Part shown: in pieces, positions 36,208 to 46,669 of the stretch
Numbering within the stretch: the first letter of the stretch is position 1
Layout: each line of letters opens with the position of its first letter
Virus record (IMG/VR): IMGVR_UViG_3300032087_004407
Span: 14,890-78,889 of that record
Direction: 5' to 3' (one strand)
Source: a virus
DNA length: 64,000 nt
Position numbers and translations under genes: made by a program
Notes under the pieces: model-generated
The model's database searches: none
What the model was told of the DNA's origin: nothing
What the model saw: the letters and a program-made list of their open reading frames with translations, nothing else

Positions 36208-38715
36208 ATGGCAAGAAACAGGACAATTTATTCAAATGAAATTTTGATGGTAGCTCCATCAGCAACAGGGTCACAACATCTAAATGACGGAGGCGCAGGA
36301 GAAAGCTTAATCAGGCAGCTAAAGCGAGTCCAGAATGTTAATTATGGTTTTTCTATCAATCGAACTGATACTCATCAGTTTGGTCAATTAGCTAGAATAG
36401 ATTCTGCAGTCTTATCTGCACCAACTGTTTCTTTAGACTTTAGTTATTACCTCACTGATGGCCAAAACGAAAATCTGCTGGGATTCGACAATACTGAAAA
36501 TTCTAATTTTTTATCAGAAAGTTTTATAAACGACCAAGATGGTAGAAATTTTTATATTTATACTGCAGATCAAAAAAATGATGCCATAGGATCAATTTCA
36601 GATTTAGAAGCTCAATCAGACGATAATAAAAGCGTTATTGGAATTGGAAACTGTTATGTAACAAATTATTCCGTAAATGCTTCAGTTGGAGGGTTGCCAA
36701 TTGCTTCAGTTTCTGCAGAAGCCTTTAACATAAAAGTTGATGCTGGCAATAAAGCTGGAGACAGCCCAGGAATTAACATAAAAGATGGCACAAAATCTAC
36801 CGAAACATATGTTATACCAAATGAATATATAAGCACTGGAGACGGTGTAGCGCAATTATTACCAGGCGACATTGAGGTTGACTTTGGCACTGGCGCTTTA
36901 TTAAGTTTAATATCTGATAGTGCTGGTGCAAATTCTGCTCATATACAAAGTTTTTCTATTGACGTGCCATTAGGAAGAACGACTTTGCAAAGAATTGGTA
37001 ATTCGTTTGGGTACTCAAAAGTTTTAGATACTCCAATTACTGCATCTGTCAGCATTTCTGCTATTTTAGCAGATCGCCCAGATGAAACAAGATCTTTATT
37101 TGGAGAAATCTACGCTAATAATAAAAATGATATTAAAATAACAATGCATAAACCTTCTAGTGCTGGAGCAAAGCAGGGAGACAAGTCTATTGTATATATA
37201 TTAAAAAATGCTACATTGGAAAGCGAATCTTATGGTATGTCCATTGGTGACAACAGAAGCGCTGATTATACTTTTACGGCACAATTAGGTGATCCTAAAA
37301 ATGTAGCAGATGGCTCTTTGGGTGGATCATTTACAATGAATTCTTCTGGAAATTATGAGCAGTTACAAGTAATTGAAACAGGAATGTCAACAGACACAAA
37401 AACTGATGAGGGTCGTGGCCCATTTGCTTTTGGAAGCGCTGTAGCAGCGAATGACGACTTTTTGGTTGTCGGTGCAAGCGGATTTCTTGGCGGGGGTGAC
37501 ACATTCGAAAATGGTGCAGCATATATTTATAAAAAAGAAAAAGGTTTCTACAAGCAAATCCACCAAACAAGCGGAGAAGCAGGAATTAGACAAGCTGGAT
37601 TAAGTAATACTGCAAAATTACCAGATGATAGCAGGCATCATAATTTTGGCGCCGCAGTGGCCGTTAGCCCTAGTGGATTGATTGCAATTGCAACCCCAGA
37701 TGCGGCTGGAGATGATGGATCAGTTTCAATTTTTGAGCCCAATGATGCTAAAAACTCTTTTACAATTAATACTGTTTTAACTGATGCAACAAATAACATC
37801 AGATACTCAGACGATATTGCTTTTGACAAATCTGTTAGTGGTGACGGTCAACAGCTCGGAGTTATAGGTGCGCCACATCAAACTGTCGGTAGCACTGGAA
37901 ATCATGGGGCGATATATTTATTTAAAGGAACAGTTACAAACGGATATAAAACTTCTGCAGTTGATGCGTTTACTGAGGCCCAGATAGGAACAGCCAGTTT
38001 AGACTTAGCTGGCCAAATTTTCACAGCAGGCCAAAGATTGGGGCATAGTGTAGCAATGCATAAAGGTGTTATTGTTGCTGGTGCGCCTGAAAATAATATT
38101 CTAGCAGGCACGCACCCTTCGGGATCTGCACTGGTTTATGTTGCGACACAGGGAGGTGGTGACGCAATCGGAAACTATAGAGTTGTTGCAAATTTAACTG
38201 GCACTAAGTACGGATCAACCGAAGGCGCAAGTCAAAATTCAGCTTTTGGCACTGACGTAGACATTTTCGAAAATACTATTGTAGTTGGCGCTCCTAGTGG
38301 CGATCACAATGGAACTTCTAATGCTGGAGCAGTTTTTGTATTTACAGGATTTAACGACGCGGCAAGTGACGCAACAAATTACAAGTCTAAGCCGACTCGA
38401 TGGAAATACGCAGCTACGCTTAGTCAAACTGCTGCTGCAGCAAACGATTTATTTGGCTACACTGTATCAATGCCAACCGCTCATAAAATTGTTGTGGGCG
38501 CGCCAGGCAGAGGTGATGCTAATAAAGGCGCTGCTTACGTGTTTACTGGAGAAGGTTCTAGCTGGACCCAGACGCAAGAAATACAATATTCTGGAGTTGG
38601 AGGCACTGACAAACATGGAAGGCCAGAAACCGCATTAGCCGCAACCGAAAAAGAAATTTTTATTGGCGGACCAGGAAACACTGTTTCAGAAGAGGTAATT
38701 CGTTATAGAATATAA
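36208..38715 (+). CDS. Tail-tube-like domain fused to an FG-GAP/integrin-type beta-propeller
   Basis: N-terminal ~380 aa parallel to 52482..53717 (MARNR.IY, RVQ..NY.F.INRTD..QFGQLARID); C-terminal FG..VA...VVGAP...GAAYVF repeats. Confidence 0.75.
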   Translation: MARNRTIYSNEILMVAPSATGSQHLNDGGAGESLIRQLKRVQNVNYGFSINRTDTHQFGQLARIDSAVLSAPTVSLDFSYYLTDGQNENLLGFDNTENSNFLSESFINDQDGRNFYIYTADQKNDAIGSISDLEAQSDDNKSVIGIGNCYVTNYSVNASVGGLPIASVSAEAFNIKVDAGNKAGDSPGINIKDGTKSTETYVIPNEYISTGDGVAQLLPGDIEVDFGTGALLSLISDSAGANSAHIQSFSIDVPLGRTTLQRIGNSFGYSKVLDTPITASVSISAILADRPDETRSLFGEIYANNKNDIKITMHKPSSAGAKQGDKSIVYILKNATLESESYGMSIGDNRSADYTFTAQLGDPKNVADGSLGGSFTMNSSGNYEQLQVIETGMSTDTKTDEGRGPFAFGSAVAANDDFLVVGASGFLGGGDTFENGAAYIYKKEKGFYKQIHQTSGEAGIRQAGLSNTAKLPDDSRHHNFGAAVAVSPSGLIAIATPDAAGDDGSVSIFEPNDAKNSFTINTVLTDATNNIRYSDDIAFDKSVSGDGQQLGVIGAPHQTVGSTGNHGAIYLFKGTVTNGYKTSAVDAFTEAQIGTASLDLAGQIFTAGQRLGHSVAMHKGVIVAGAPENNILAGTHPSGSALVYVATQGGGDAIGNYRVVANLTGTKYGSTEGASQNSAFGTDVDIFENTIVVGAPSGDHNGTSNAGAVFVFTGFNDAASDATNYKSKPTRWKYAATLSQTAAAANDLFGYTVSMPTAHKIVVGAPGRGDANKGAAYVFTGEGSSWTQTQEIQYSGVGGTDKHGRPETALAATEKEIFIGGPGNTVSEEVIRYRI

Positions 38716-38780
38716 CAAGTTTTAGTGTAATATATTATGGTGATAACACCAAAACTAAGCACTAAAATTTTTATAAAACA

Positions 38781-39605
38781 ATGGCTAGAAAATCTGCTAT
38801 CAAGGCGGTGTCTAATGCTGACGTTATTTGCGAAACTGACGAAAACAACATAATAGATTGCATGTCTTCTTTGAAAAAGAAAAAAATAAAATTAAACCCA
38901 GTAAAGTTTACTGAAAAACAAAAACAATTTTTAAAATTATCGATTGCTAAAGATACGAAAATGATGTTTGTACGCGGTCCCGCTGGAACAAGCAAAACTT
39001 ATTTGGCTGTATATACTGCACTTCAACTTTTCAATATTAACAACGATTATGATATTATGTATGTTCGTACTATTGCTGAGAGTGGCGAAAAAGGTTTGGG
39101 CTCGCTTCCAGGAGACGTTAATGAAAAGTTTAATCCTTTTATGATGCCACTAAATGATAAGCTTGAAGAAATGATAGCCTCACAAGAAAGAAGCTTTTTA
39201 GAACAAAAGAAAATCATAAATGCTATGCCCATAAATTACTTGCGCGGCTCAAACTGGATTAATAAAATTATTATTGCAGATGAATCTCAAAATTTCACCG
39301 CAAAGGAGTTAACAACTCTAATAACAAGACTAGGAGAAAATAGTAAATTATTTATTTGCGGCGATCCTATGCAAAGTGACATTAATGGTAAAAGCGGCTT
39401 TAAAACTATATCAAATCTTTTTAATGATAAAGAATCTAACGAAAAAGGCATATATTGTTTTGACTTTTACAAGGAGGATATTGTAAGAAGCGAGATACTT
39501 AAATTTATTGTTGGTAAGCTCGAAAAACTACAAGAAACTCCTGCTCCAGCTAAAAAAAGAGCCACAAGACAAAATAAAAGTGTAAACACTAAACGTTCAA
39601 GTTAG
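38781..39605 (+). CDS. phoH: PhoH-family ATPase
   Basis: GPAGTSKT, LGSLPG, YLRG, DESQN, TRLGENSK, GDPMQSD, DIVRS. Confidence 0.9.
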   Translation: MARKSAIKAVSNADVICETDENNIIDCMSSLKKKKIKLNPVKFTEKQKQFLKLSIAKDTKMMFVRGPAGTSKTYLAVYTALQLFNINNDYDIMYVRTIAESGEKGLGSLPGDVNEKFNPFMMPLNDKLEEMIASQERSFLEQKKIINAMPINYLRGSNWINKIIIADESQNFTAKELTTLITRLGENSKLFICGDPMQSDINGKSGFKTISNLFNDKESNEKGIYCFDFYKEDIVRSEILKFIVGKLEKLQETPAPAKKRATRQNKSVNTKRSS

Positions 39606-39635
39606 AAATATTTTAAAAAATATATAAAATAAAAT

Positions 39636-40025
39636 ATGCCATTTAGATACTGTACACAATGTGGTTTTAAAAACGTTTACACTTTAAACGAGGCAAAATT
39701 TTGTGCTGGTTGTGGGCAATCACTGAACCAGGCGACAGCAGGCAACGAACCACAAACCACAAACGCACCTCACCTGCAATCAGCACAAGCTAATTTAGAA
39801 GAACCAACAGACATTCCAAATATTTCAAAATTAGAATACTCTGTTGATGTTGGCGCCAATAACAAAACGACTATTGGTCAACTTATAAATTCAAAACAAT
39901 CTTCATCTGAAGGTACGAGGATCTCAAACACTAGTCAAGCTTCAAAAAGAATGACTCGAGAAGAAATTGAAGCTGAAACTATGAGAGAATGTCAAAGTGC
40001 TCGTAACAGACCTTTAGATGATTAA
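39636..40025 (+). CDS. Zinc-ribbon protein
   Basis: YCTQCG...FCAGCG. Confidence 0.7.
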   Translation: MPFRYCTQCGFKNVYTLNEAKFCAGCGQSLNQATAGNEPQTTNAPHLQSAQANLEEPTDIPNISKLEYSVDVGANNKTTIGQLINSKQSSSEGTRISNTSQASKRMTREEIEAETMRECQSARNRPLDD

Positions 40026-40741
40026 TGCCTCGCAAAAAGAAATATAAGTACGAAGACAAAGTCGAAATTATTGACGCAGAGCTTCAAAAAAGAAAACACA
40101 AGTGGCATTTAAATGCACTTGCATGGTTTGACTTCGAAGACGTTGAGCAGATCATAAGATTTCATATTTTTAAAAAGTGGGATCAATGGGATCAATCAAG
40201 AAATCTTGAACCATGGGTTAACAAAATCATCTCTAATCAACTTAAAAACATTCTAAGAAATCATTATAGTAATTTTGCGCGGCCATGTTTAAACTGTCCA
40301 TTCAACGAATCAGAAGAAGAAGGTGGCGGCGAAAACAGTTGCTCGTTCACACCAAGTAAAAAACAATGCTCTGAATGCAAGCTTTATGCTAAATGGGAAA
40401 AAAGTAAAAAACATGCGTATGATATAAAGTTACCACTAGCACTTGAAAATCATCAACAAGAAGTATTTGCTATTTCAACAACAGAGTTTAATTTTGGCGA
40501 CTCTATAAAAAAACTACACATTGAAATGAAGATGGTATTGAATACAAAACATTACAAAGTTTACGAAGACTTATTTATTAAAAATTTACCAGAAGATGAA
40601 GTTGCAAAAGATCTTGGTTATACCACTAATGAAAAAAACAGAAAAGCTGGATACAAGCAAATCAAAAACTTAAAAAAAATGTTTAAAGAAAAAGCTATTT
40701 TGATTATTAAGGAAAAAGATATTATAATAACAAATGAGTGA
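40025..40741 (+). CDS. Phage sigma70-family factor with a Cys-rich insert (probable late sigma)
   Basis: Region 2-like FEDVEQ..RFHIFKKWDQWD..RNLEPWVNKIISNQLKN; region 4-like EDEVAKDLGY. Confidence 0.65.
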   Translation: MPRKKKYKYEDKVEIIDAELQKRKHKWHLNALAWFDFEDVEQIIRFHIFKKWDQWDQSRNLEPWVNKIISNQLKNILRNHYSNFARPCLNCPFNESEEEGGGENSCSFTPSKKQCSECKLYAKWEKSKKHAYDIKLPLALENHQQEVFAISTTEFNFGDSIKKLHIEMKMVLNTKHYKVYEDLFIKNLPEDEVAKDLGYTTNEKNRKAGYKQIKNLKKMFKEKAILIIKEKDIIITNE

Positions 40742-41786
40742 ATTAACTGACGAACAAAAAAAGTTAATTGCAGAAAACTACAAATCTATACCAGACTTAA
40801 CACGGCTAACGCAAATAGTATCGGGTGACGATACCATTGATGGTAGAAGTAAGATTGGTCGAGCCATTAGAAAATTCATGGTAGATCAAGGGTTAAACTA
40901 TCAAACTTCTAAACATTCAAAGGTTGAGGAAATAATTTTAACAGATGAAGAAAAAGAATTTTTAAATTCACATGCTGGTCAAGATATGTCAAGTATACAA
41001 TTAGCAGAATTGTTGTGGCCAAACAAAGAAATCAAAAAACTTTCAAAAGAACAAAGAGTTGTTGCAGACTACATTAAGAACCATCATCCAGACTTTGTAA
41101 AATCGGAAGAAAGTGCTGTGGGCACGAGATACAGTCCGCCAAAAGCTTTGTCAAGGTCAATCAAAAAGATAAATGACTTTGCAGGTAAAGATCTTGATGA
41201 AAACAAACTGCAAATGCAAGATAGAAAAGCTGCAGAGAGCTTAATGAACTTTTTATCAAGCCCTAGATTTTTACAAGTGATCAACAACTACGGCTCACAA
41301 GAAGACAGAGAATTATTTGAGGCAGAGTTTGTAAGATGTGTTTGGGATAAACCAGATTTAACGTCTGACGAAATTAACTTATACATCAATGTGTGCATGG
41401 ATTATATAAATTTAAAACACATTGAACAACAAAAGGCTAAGTTAAACATGATGTTTGATGACGCTCAAGATCAACAAGAATTTACGATCCGCTTAACGGA
41501 AATTTTAAAAACCAAGAGCGAAGAATATAATCAATGTGCATCACGTATGGACAAGTTGATTACTAAATTAAATGGTGATCGCGCAAAACGTGTCGCATCT
41601 AGGAATCAGCAGAACGCTAGTATTTTAAATATTGTTCAACTTTTTCAAGAAGAACAAGAGCGTGGCATTATGGTTAAGATGGCAGAAATGCAAAAGAAGG
41701 TTGTTCGCAAAGAGGCGGACGAACTTGAGTCCATGGGCGAATGGAAGTCAAGAGTTTTAGGAGTGAGAAAAGACGATGTCATTTAA
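40734..41786 (+). CDS. Conserved hypothetical protein in the packaging operon (possible small terminase)
   Basis: Position; helical/coiled-coil C-terminus. Confidence 0.4.
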   Translation: MSELTDEQKKLIAENYKSIPDLTRLTQIVSGDDTIDGRSKIGRAIRKFMVDQGLNYQTSKHSKVEEIILTDEEKEFLNSHAGQDMSSIQLAELLWPNKEIKKLSKEQRVVADYIKNHHPDFVKSEESAVGTRYSPPKALSRSIKKINDFAGKDLDENKLQMQDRKAAESLMNFLSSPRFLQVINNYGSQEDRELFEAEFVRCVWDKPDLTSDEINLYINVCMDYINLKHIEQQKAKLNMMFDDAQDQQEFTIRLTEILKTKSEEYNQCASRMDKLITKLNGDRAKRVASRNQQNASILNIVQLFQEEQERGIMVKMAEMQKKVVRKEADELESMGEWKSRVLGVRKDDVI

Positions 41787-42762
41787 CTGTAAAGAATGTG
41801 GTAAAGATTTTGGATCTGAGGCGGCACTTCATCGCCATCTAAAAGGCCATGACATGACACTTGCGGATTACTATACAAAACATTTTCCAAGAAAAAATTT
41901 ATTGACTGGTGATCTTTTACCATTCAAAAACAAGAAGGATTATTTTGCAAAAGATTTTTCTACATACAGTCAACTTTTAAAATGGTGCCACCATTCAGAT
42001 GTTGATGAAGTTAAAAAATATACTTTAAAAAAACTAAAAGAACGCATACAAGAAAAAGAGTTAAAACTTGGCCCAACACATCTTGAGCTTTTACTAAGTG
42101 ATTTACCAACAATAGACATTTACAAAAAGTTTTTCACAAGTTATTCTCATGCTTGTAGTCAAGCTGGAGTACGCCCAATGCTATATAGAAACTTGGACGA
42201 AAGCTTTTTTACTCAAGAAGGTTTTGACAACTTAGAAATAGTTATTGACACACGCGAAAACAATCCACTACCTTTTAAAAATACTAAAAAGTTTGCATTA
42301 GACTTTGCAGATTATACTGCAAGTGGCACTAAATATGATTATACATTTGTAGAAAGAAAAAGCGAGTCAGATTTTAAATCTACAATGTCGTATAACTTTC
42401 CGCGGTTTAGAAAAGAAATGGCAAGAGCAAAAGCAATGGACAGTTATGTGTTTGTTGTGGTTGACAGCAGTATACAAAAAATTAAAAAGCAAAATCACTT
42501 TTCTCCACATCCCGCAAACTTAAAATTTATTTTTCACAATATGAAAGCATTATGCCACGAGTTCCCAGAAACATGTCAATTTGTTTTTTCTGGTAATAGA
42601 ACTTCTTCAATGGATTTGATTCAAAGAATTTTATATTTTGGAAGAAAGATATGGTATTGTGATTTACAATATCATATAGACGCAAGAAATTATGGCTTGG
42701 CAAGAAGGCAATCAAAAAAGAAGACTCAGCAAAACCCGCGATATAAACAAAGAGCTTCTTGA
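41776..42762 (+). CDS. C2H2 zinc finger plus ERCC4/XPF-type nuclease
   Basis: CKECG..F.....LHRHLKGH; IDTRE, ADY, VERKSESD. Confidence 0.75.
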   Translation: MSFNCKECGKDFGSEAALHRHLKGHDMTLADYYTKHFPRKNLLTGDLLPFKNKKDYFAKDFSTYSQLLKWCHHSDVDEVKKYTLKKLKERIQEKELKLGPTHLELLLSDLPTIDIYKKFFTSYSHACSQAGVRPMLYRNLDESFFTQEGFDNLEIVIDTRENNPLPFKNTKKFALDFADYTASGTKYDYTFVERKSESDFKSTMSYNFPRFRKEMARAKAMDSYVFVVVDSSIQKIKKQNHFSPHPANLKFIFHNMKALCHEFPETCQFVFSGNRTSSMDLIQRILYFGRKIWYCDLQYHIDARNYGLARRQSKKKTQQNPRYKQRAS

Positions 42763-44563
42763 AGGTGATCTTGGTTTCTTAGAAGAAAAAGAAGCCAAGC
42801 TTTTACTGTATAAGTTCTTGCGAGAAAATACAACTTTTGCAGCAGACTTGTTGATGGGTATAAAACTTTTTCCGTTTCAGCATATGTCCGTGAAGGCTAT
42901 GTTTGAAACAGATTATTTTATGGGCGTGTGGTCTCGTGGTATGTCAAAGTCTTTTACAACCGCTATATTTGCCGCGCTTGATGCGACGCTTAATCAAGGC
43001 GTTGAAATAGGAATACTTTCTAAATCGTTCAGACAGGCAAAAATGATCTTCAAGAAAATAGAAGATATTGCGGCAAAACCTGAAGCAGCTTTATTTGCTC
43101 AATGCATTACAAAGAAAAGTAAAAGCAATGATGAGTGGTTACTAGAAATTGGTAGTTCGAGGATACGAGCATTACCATTAGGTGATGGTGAGAAGCTGCG
43201 TGGTTTTCGTTTTCATAGAATAATCATTGACGAATTTTTGCTCATGCCAGAAAGAATTTACAACGAGGTGATCGTGCCGTTTTTATCTGTCGTGGAAAAT
43301 CCAACACAACGTGAAGATTTATACAACCTTGAAACAGATTTAATCAAGCAGGGGAAAATGACCGAAGAAGAAAGATATGTTTGGCCAAACAACAAACTTA
43401 TAGCACTTTCTTCTGCGTCTTACAAATTTGAGTATATGTATAAATTATATAGTCAGTTTGAAAATTTAATTTTTAATCAAAATTCAAAAGACACCGCTCA
43501 TAGAACAATTATGCAATTTTCATACGACTGCGCTCCTAAACAGTTGTATGATCAAAACTTAATTAATCAAGCAAAAGCAACCATGAGTGAGTCTCAGTTT
43601 GATCGCGAGTTTGGCGCAAAGTTTACAGACGATAGTAGCGGATATTTTAAAATATCAAAAATGGCAGACTGTACTATACCAGACGGAGAAGATCCTTCTG
43701 TGGAAGTTGCTGGTGAGCCTGGAGCAGAATATTTGCTAGCCTTTGATCCAAGTTGGGCAGAAAGTGAAAGCTCTGATGATTTTGCAATACAAGTTTTAAA
43801 ATTAAATAAAGAAAAACAAATTGGTACCGTGGTTCATAGTTATGCGCTGTCTGGTGCAAACATGAAAGATCACATTAGATATTTTCATTATCTTCTTACT
43901 AACTTTAATATTGTGATGGTTGTAGGTGACTATGCTGGTGGTGTGCAGTTTTTAAGCGCATGCAATGAGAGCGAAACATTTAAGAAGGATAAAATAAATT
44001 TAGGAATTATAGATGTTCCATTTGAGCACTCTGAAAGTTACAGACAAGATTTACAAAACGCAAGAAATTCTTATAACATAAAAGAAAAAAAAATTTGCTA
44101 TTTAAGAAAACCTACAAGCAATTGGATTAGACAAGCTAACGAGTTATTACAATCTAATTTTGATCACAAAAGAATATTTTTTGCGTCGAGAGCTATTGAT
44201 GACTCATATCAAAATCAAAAAAGAAAACATATACCAATTGACACGTTAAAATATCTGCGTGCTGGCGATAACGAGAAAATGGGCAGAGAAGCAAAAATGA
44301 TTGATTTTATTGAACATCAAACAGACATAATTGATTTAACAAAAGTAGAATGCGCACTTATACAAATAACCACAACTTCCCAAGGCACGCAAACTTTTGA
44401 TCTTCCGCCTAATCTAAAAAGGCAGTCTGGCAGAGATAAAGCTAGAAAAGATAGCTATTCAGCTTTAGTATTAGGCAACTGGATGGTAAAAACGTATTTT
44501 GATATGATGAACTTTAAACAAGAGTCTGTTCAATCTACTTTTACTCCCATGTTTATAAACTAA
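42692..44563 (+). CDS. terL: Terminase large subunit
   Basis: LFPFQ, SRGMSKS Walker A, LRG.R, IIIDE Walker B, RNase H-like AFDPS...DDFA...KDSYSA. Confidence 0.9.
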   Translation: MAWQEGNQKRRLSKTRDINKELLEGDLGFLEEKEAKLLLYKFLRENTTFAADLLMGIKLFPFQHMSVKAMFETDYFMGVWSRGMSKSFTTAIFAALDATLNQGVEIGILSKSFRQAKMIFKKIEDIAAKPEAALFAQCITKKSKSNDEWLLEIGSSRIRALPLGDGEKLRGFRFHRIIIDEFLLMPERIYNEVIVPFLSVVENPTQREDLYNLETDLIKQGKMTEEERYVWPNNKLIALSSASYKFEYMYKLYSQFENLIFNQNSKDTAHRTIMQFSYDCAPKQLYDQNLINQAKATMSESQFDREFGAKFTDDSSGYFKISKMADCTIPDGEDPSVEVAGEPGAEYLLAFDPSWAESESSDDFAIQVLKLNKEKQIGTVVHSYALSGANMKDHIRYFHYLLTNFNIVMVVGDYAGGVQFLSACNESETFKKDKINLGIIDVPFEHSESYRQDLQNARNSYNIKEKKICYLRKPTSNWIRQANELLQSNFDHKRIFFASRAIDDSYQNQKRKHIPIDTLKYLRAGDNEKMGREAKMIDFIEHQTDIIDLTKVECALIQITTTSQGTQTFDLPPNLKRQSGRDKARKDSYSALVLGNWMVKTYFDMMNFKQESVQSTFTPMFIN

Positions 44564-44621
44564 AAGTAACTTTTTTAACTTTTAAAAGTTAACATTCATA
44601 ACTTTCGTGTAACTAAAACAA

Positions 44622-46628
44622 ATGGCCTCTAAAAGAAAATATACAAAGAAATCGGAATATTGGAATAAATTTGGTAAAGCTAGCTCTATTGAAGAAACTT
44701 TAGCTAATAATCCTTTGTTGCAAAATAGTACGTATTCTCCTAGTATTGAAGGAGAACCGTATATTGGTTCAACCGCAAAAGCTTCTTATGTTAGAGGAGG
44801 AGGCAATCCAGAGGTTAGAACTCGTTCAAATAGAATTCATAGGGTTCCTCAAAGAGATCAATACACAAATATTCGTGATGGACTATTGCCATACGATTAC
44901 GCTGTTAGCGGTATCAATGTCAGAGAGGCTATCGAGCTTTGCCAAAAAGCATATGCAAATGTAGCTATTTTTAGAAATGCTATTGACATCATGGCAGAAT
45001 TTTCTAATGCAGATCTTTTCTTGGATTCTGGCAGTAAAAGATCAAGGGATTTTATTGAAGCTTGGTTTAGAAAAATTAAGATCTGGAAATTAAAAGATCA
45101 ATATTTTCGCGAATATTATAGATCTGGTAATATTTTCTTTTACAAGATCGACGGTAAATTCAATACTGAAGATTATGTTAAGATGCTAAAAACTTATGGA
45201 TCAAATGGAGTATCTTTAAATAAGTTGCCAGTGCGATATATTATGCTTAATCCTTTTGATGTAGTAGCAAGAAGAACTACTGGGTTTGAAACCACAGGAG
45301 TTTATGCAAAAGTTTTAAGTGAGTATGAAATTGAAAGATTAAAAAATCCAAAAAATGATTATGATCGCGAGGTCTACGAATCTTTGCCGCAAGAAATGAA
45401 AGACAACTTTAGTAAAAATGGATATTTTCTTGACGGAGCTAAACTTGAGTTAGAGCCAGAAAGGCTAAGATATTCTTTTTACAAAAAGCAAGATTATGAG
45501 CCTTTTTCTGTGCCATTTGGTTTTTCAGTTTTAAAAGACATTAATATGAAGCTTGAGTTTAAAAAGATTGACCAAGCCATTGTCAGAACTATTGAAAACG
45601 TAATTTTGTTGATTACAATGGGCAATGAGCCTAACAAGGGAGGTATTAATCATAACAACCTTGCGGCAATGCAAGAACTGTTTAGAAATGAAAGTGTCGG
45701 TCGAGTCTTAATATCTGATTATACAACTAAAGCTGAATTTTTAATTCCTGATATGAACAAAGTATTGGGATATGAAAAATACAGAATTGTTAACGAAGAT
45801 ATCAAGGAGGGTTTACAAAATATTGTTGTTGGCAGCGAAAAATATAGTAACACTGCAGTAAAAGCAGAAATCTTTTTAGAAAGATTAAAAGAAGCTCGAG
45901 AAGCTTTTATCAATGATTTTCTACAACCTGAAATTAAACAGGTATGCAAAAATATGGGCTTCAAAAATTATCCAATTGTAAGATTTAAAGAAGTTGATAC
46001 TAAAGATGAGACTCAATTGCAACGTGTGGCGACACGACTTATGGAGCTTGGTTTAATGACCCCGCAACAAGGCATGGATGTTATAAACAAGGGAGTATTC
46101 CCAAATTCAGAAGAAGTTGACAAAAGTCAAGAAAAATTCATCGAGCAGCGTAAACAAGGATATTACAATCCGTTGGTTGGTGGCGCGCCCATGATGGATC
46201 TAGATGATGACTTAGGCGAGCCAGAGAAAACTAAGCAAACCGTACCAGGAACTCCTGGTCGACCAAGTGGCACTACAGGTATTCCACAAGAAATTGCACG
46301 TTCAGAAATATCTGCTAAAAACATTACAAATGTTATCCATGCAAGTGAAAAATTAGAAACTTTTGGCAAGAAGCAGGCAAGAAAACACTACAAGATCAAA
46401 AGATTGTCAAAGATACAAAATGAAACAGTCAATGATTTATGTAAAAAAGTGATTATGGCTAGTGATATGGAAGACTGGGAAAATCAGATCAGCAAATGTT
46501 TCGAAGACTCAAACTCTATACTCGGACTATCGACGATGGAAGAAATTGAAAAAACTGCAGAAGAACATCATTTAACTGATTACAGCGCAGCATTGATTTA
46601 TCATTCGAAAAATTTCTCAAACGAATAA
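44622..46628 (+). CDS. Portal protein
   Basis: Directly after TerL; FRNAIDIMAEF, EYYRSGN, KKQDYEPF..PF motifs; size. Confidence 0.75.
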   Translation: MASKRKYTKKSEYWNKFGKASSIEETLANNPLLQNSTYSPSIEGEPYIGSTAKASYVRGGGNPEVRTRSNRIHRVPQRDQYTNIRDGLLPYDYAVSGINVREAIELCQKAYANVAIFRNAIDIMAEFSNADLFLDSGSKRSRDFIEAWFRKIKIWKLKDQYFREYYRSGNIFFYKIDGKFNTEDYVKMLKTYGSNGVSLNKLPVRYIMLNPFDVVARRTTGFETTGVYAKVLSEYEIERLKNPKNDYDREVYESLPQEMKDNFSKNGYFLDGAKLELEPERLRYSFYKKQDYEPFSVPFGFSVLKDINMKLEFKKIDQAIVRTIENVILLITMGNEPNKGGINHNNLAAMQELFRNESVGRVLISDYTTKAEFLIPDMNKVLGYEKYRIVNEDIKEGLQNIVVGSEKYSNTAVKAEIFLERLKEAREAFINDFLQPEIKQVCKNMGFKNYPIVRFKEVDTKDETQLQRVATRLMELGLMTPQQGMDVINKGVFPNSEEVDKSQEKFIEQRKQGYYNPLVGGAPMMDLDDDLGEPEKTKQTVPGTPGRPSGTTGIPQEIARSEISAKNITNVIHASEKLETFGKKQARKHYKIKRLSKIQNETVNDLCKKVIMASDMEDWENQISKCFEDSNSILGLSTMEEIEKTAEEHHLTDYSAALIYHSKNFSNE

Positions 46629-46669
46629 AAACTGTGTAACAGGTTAATAGGTACCAACAGTTTACGTAC

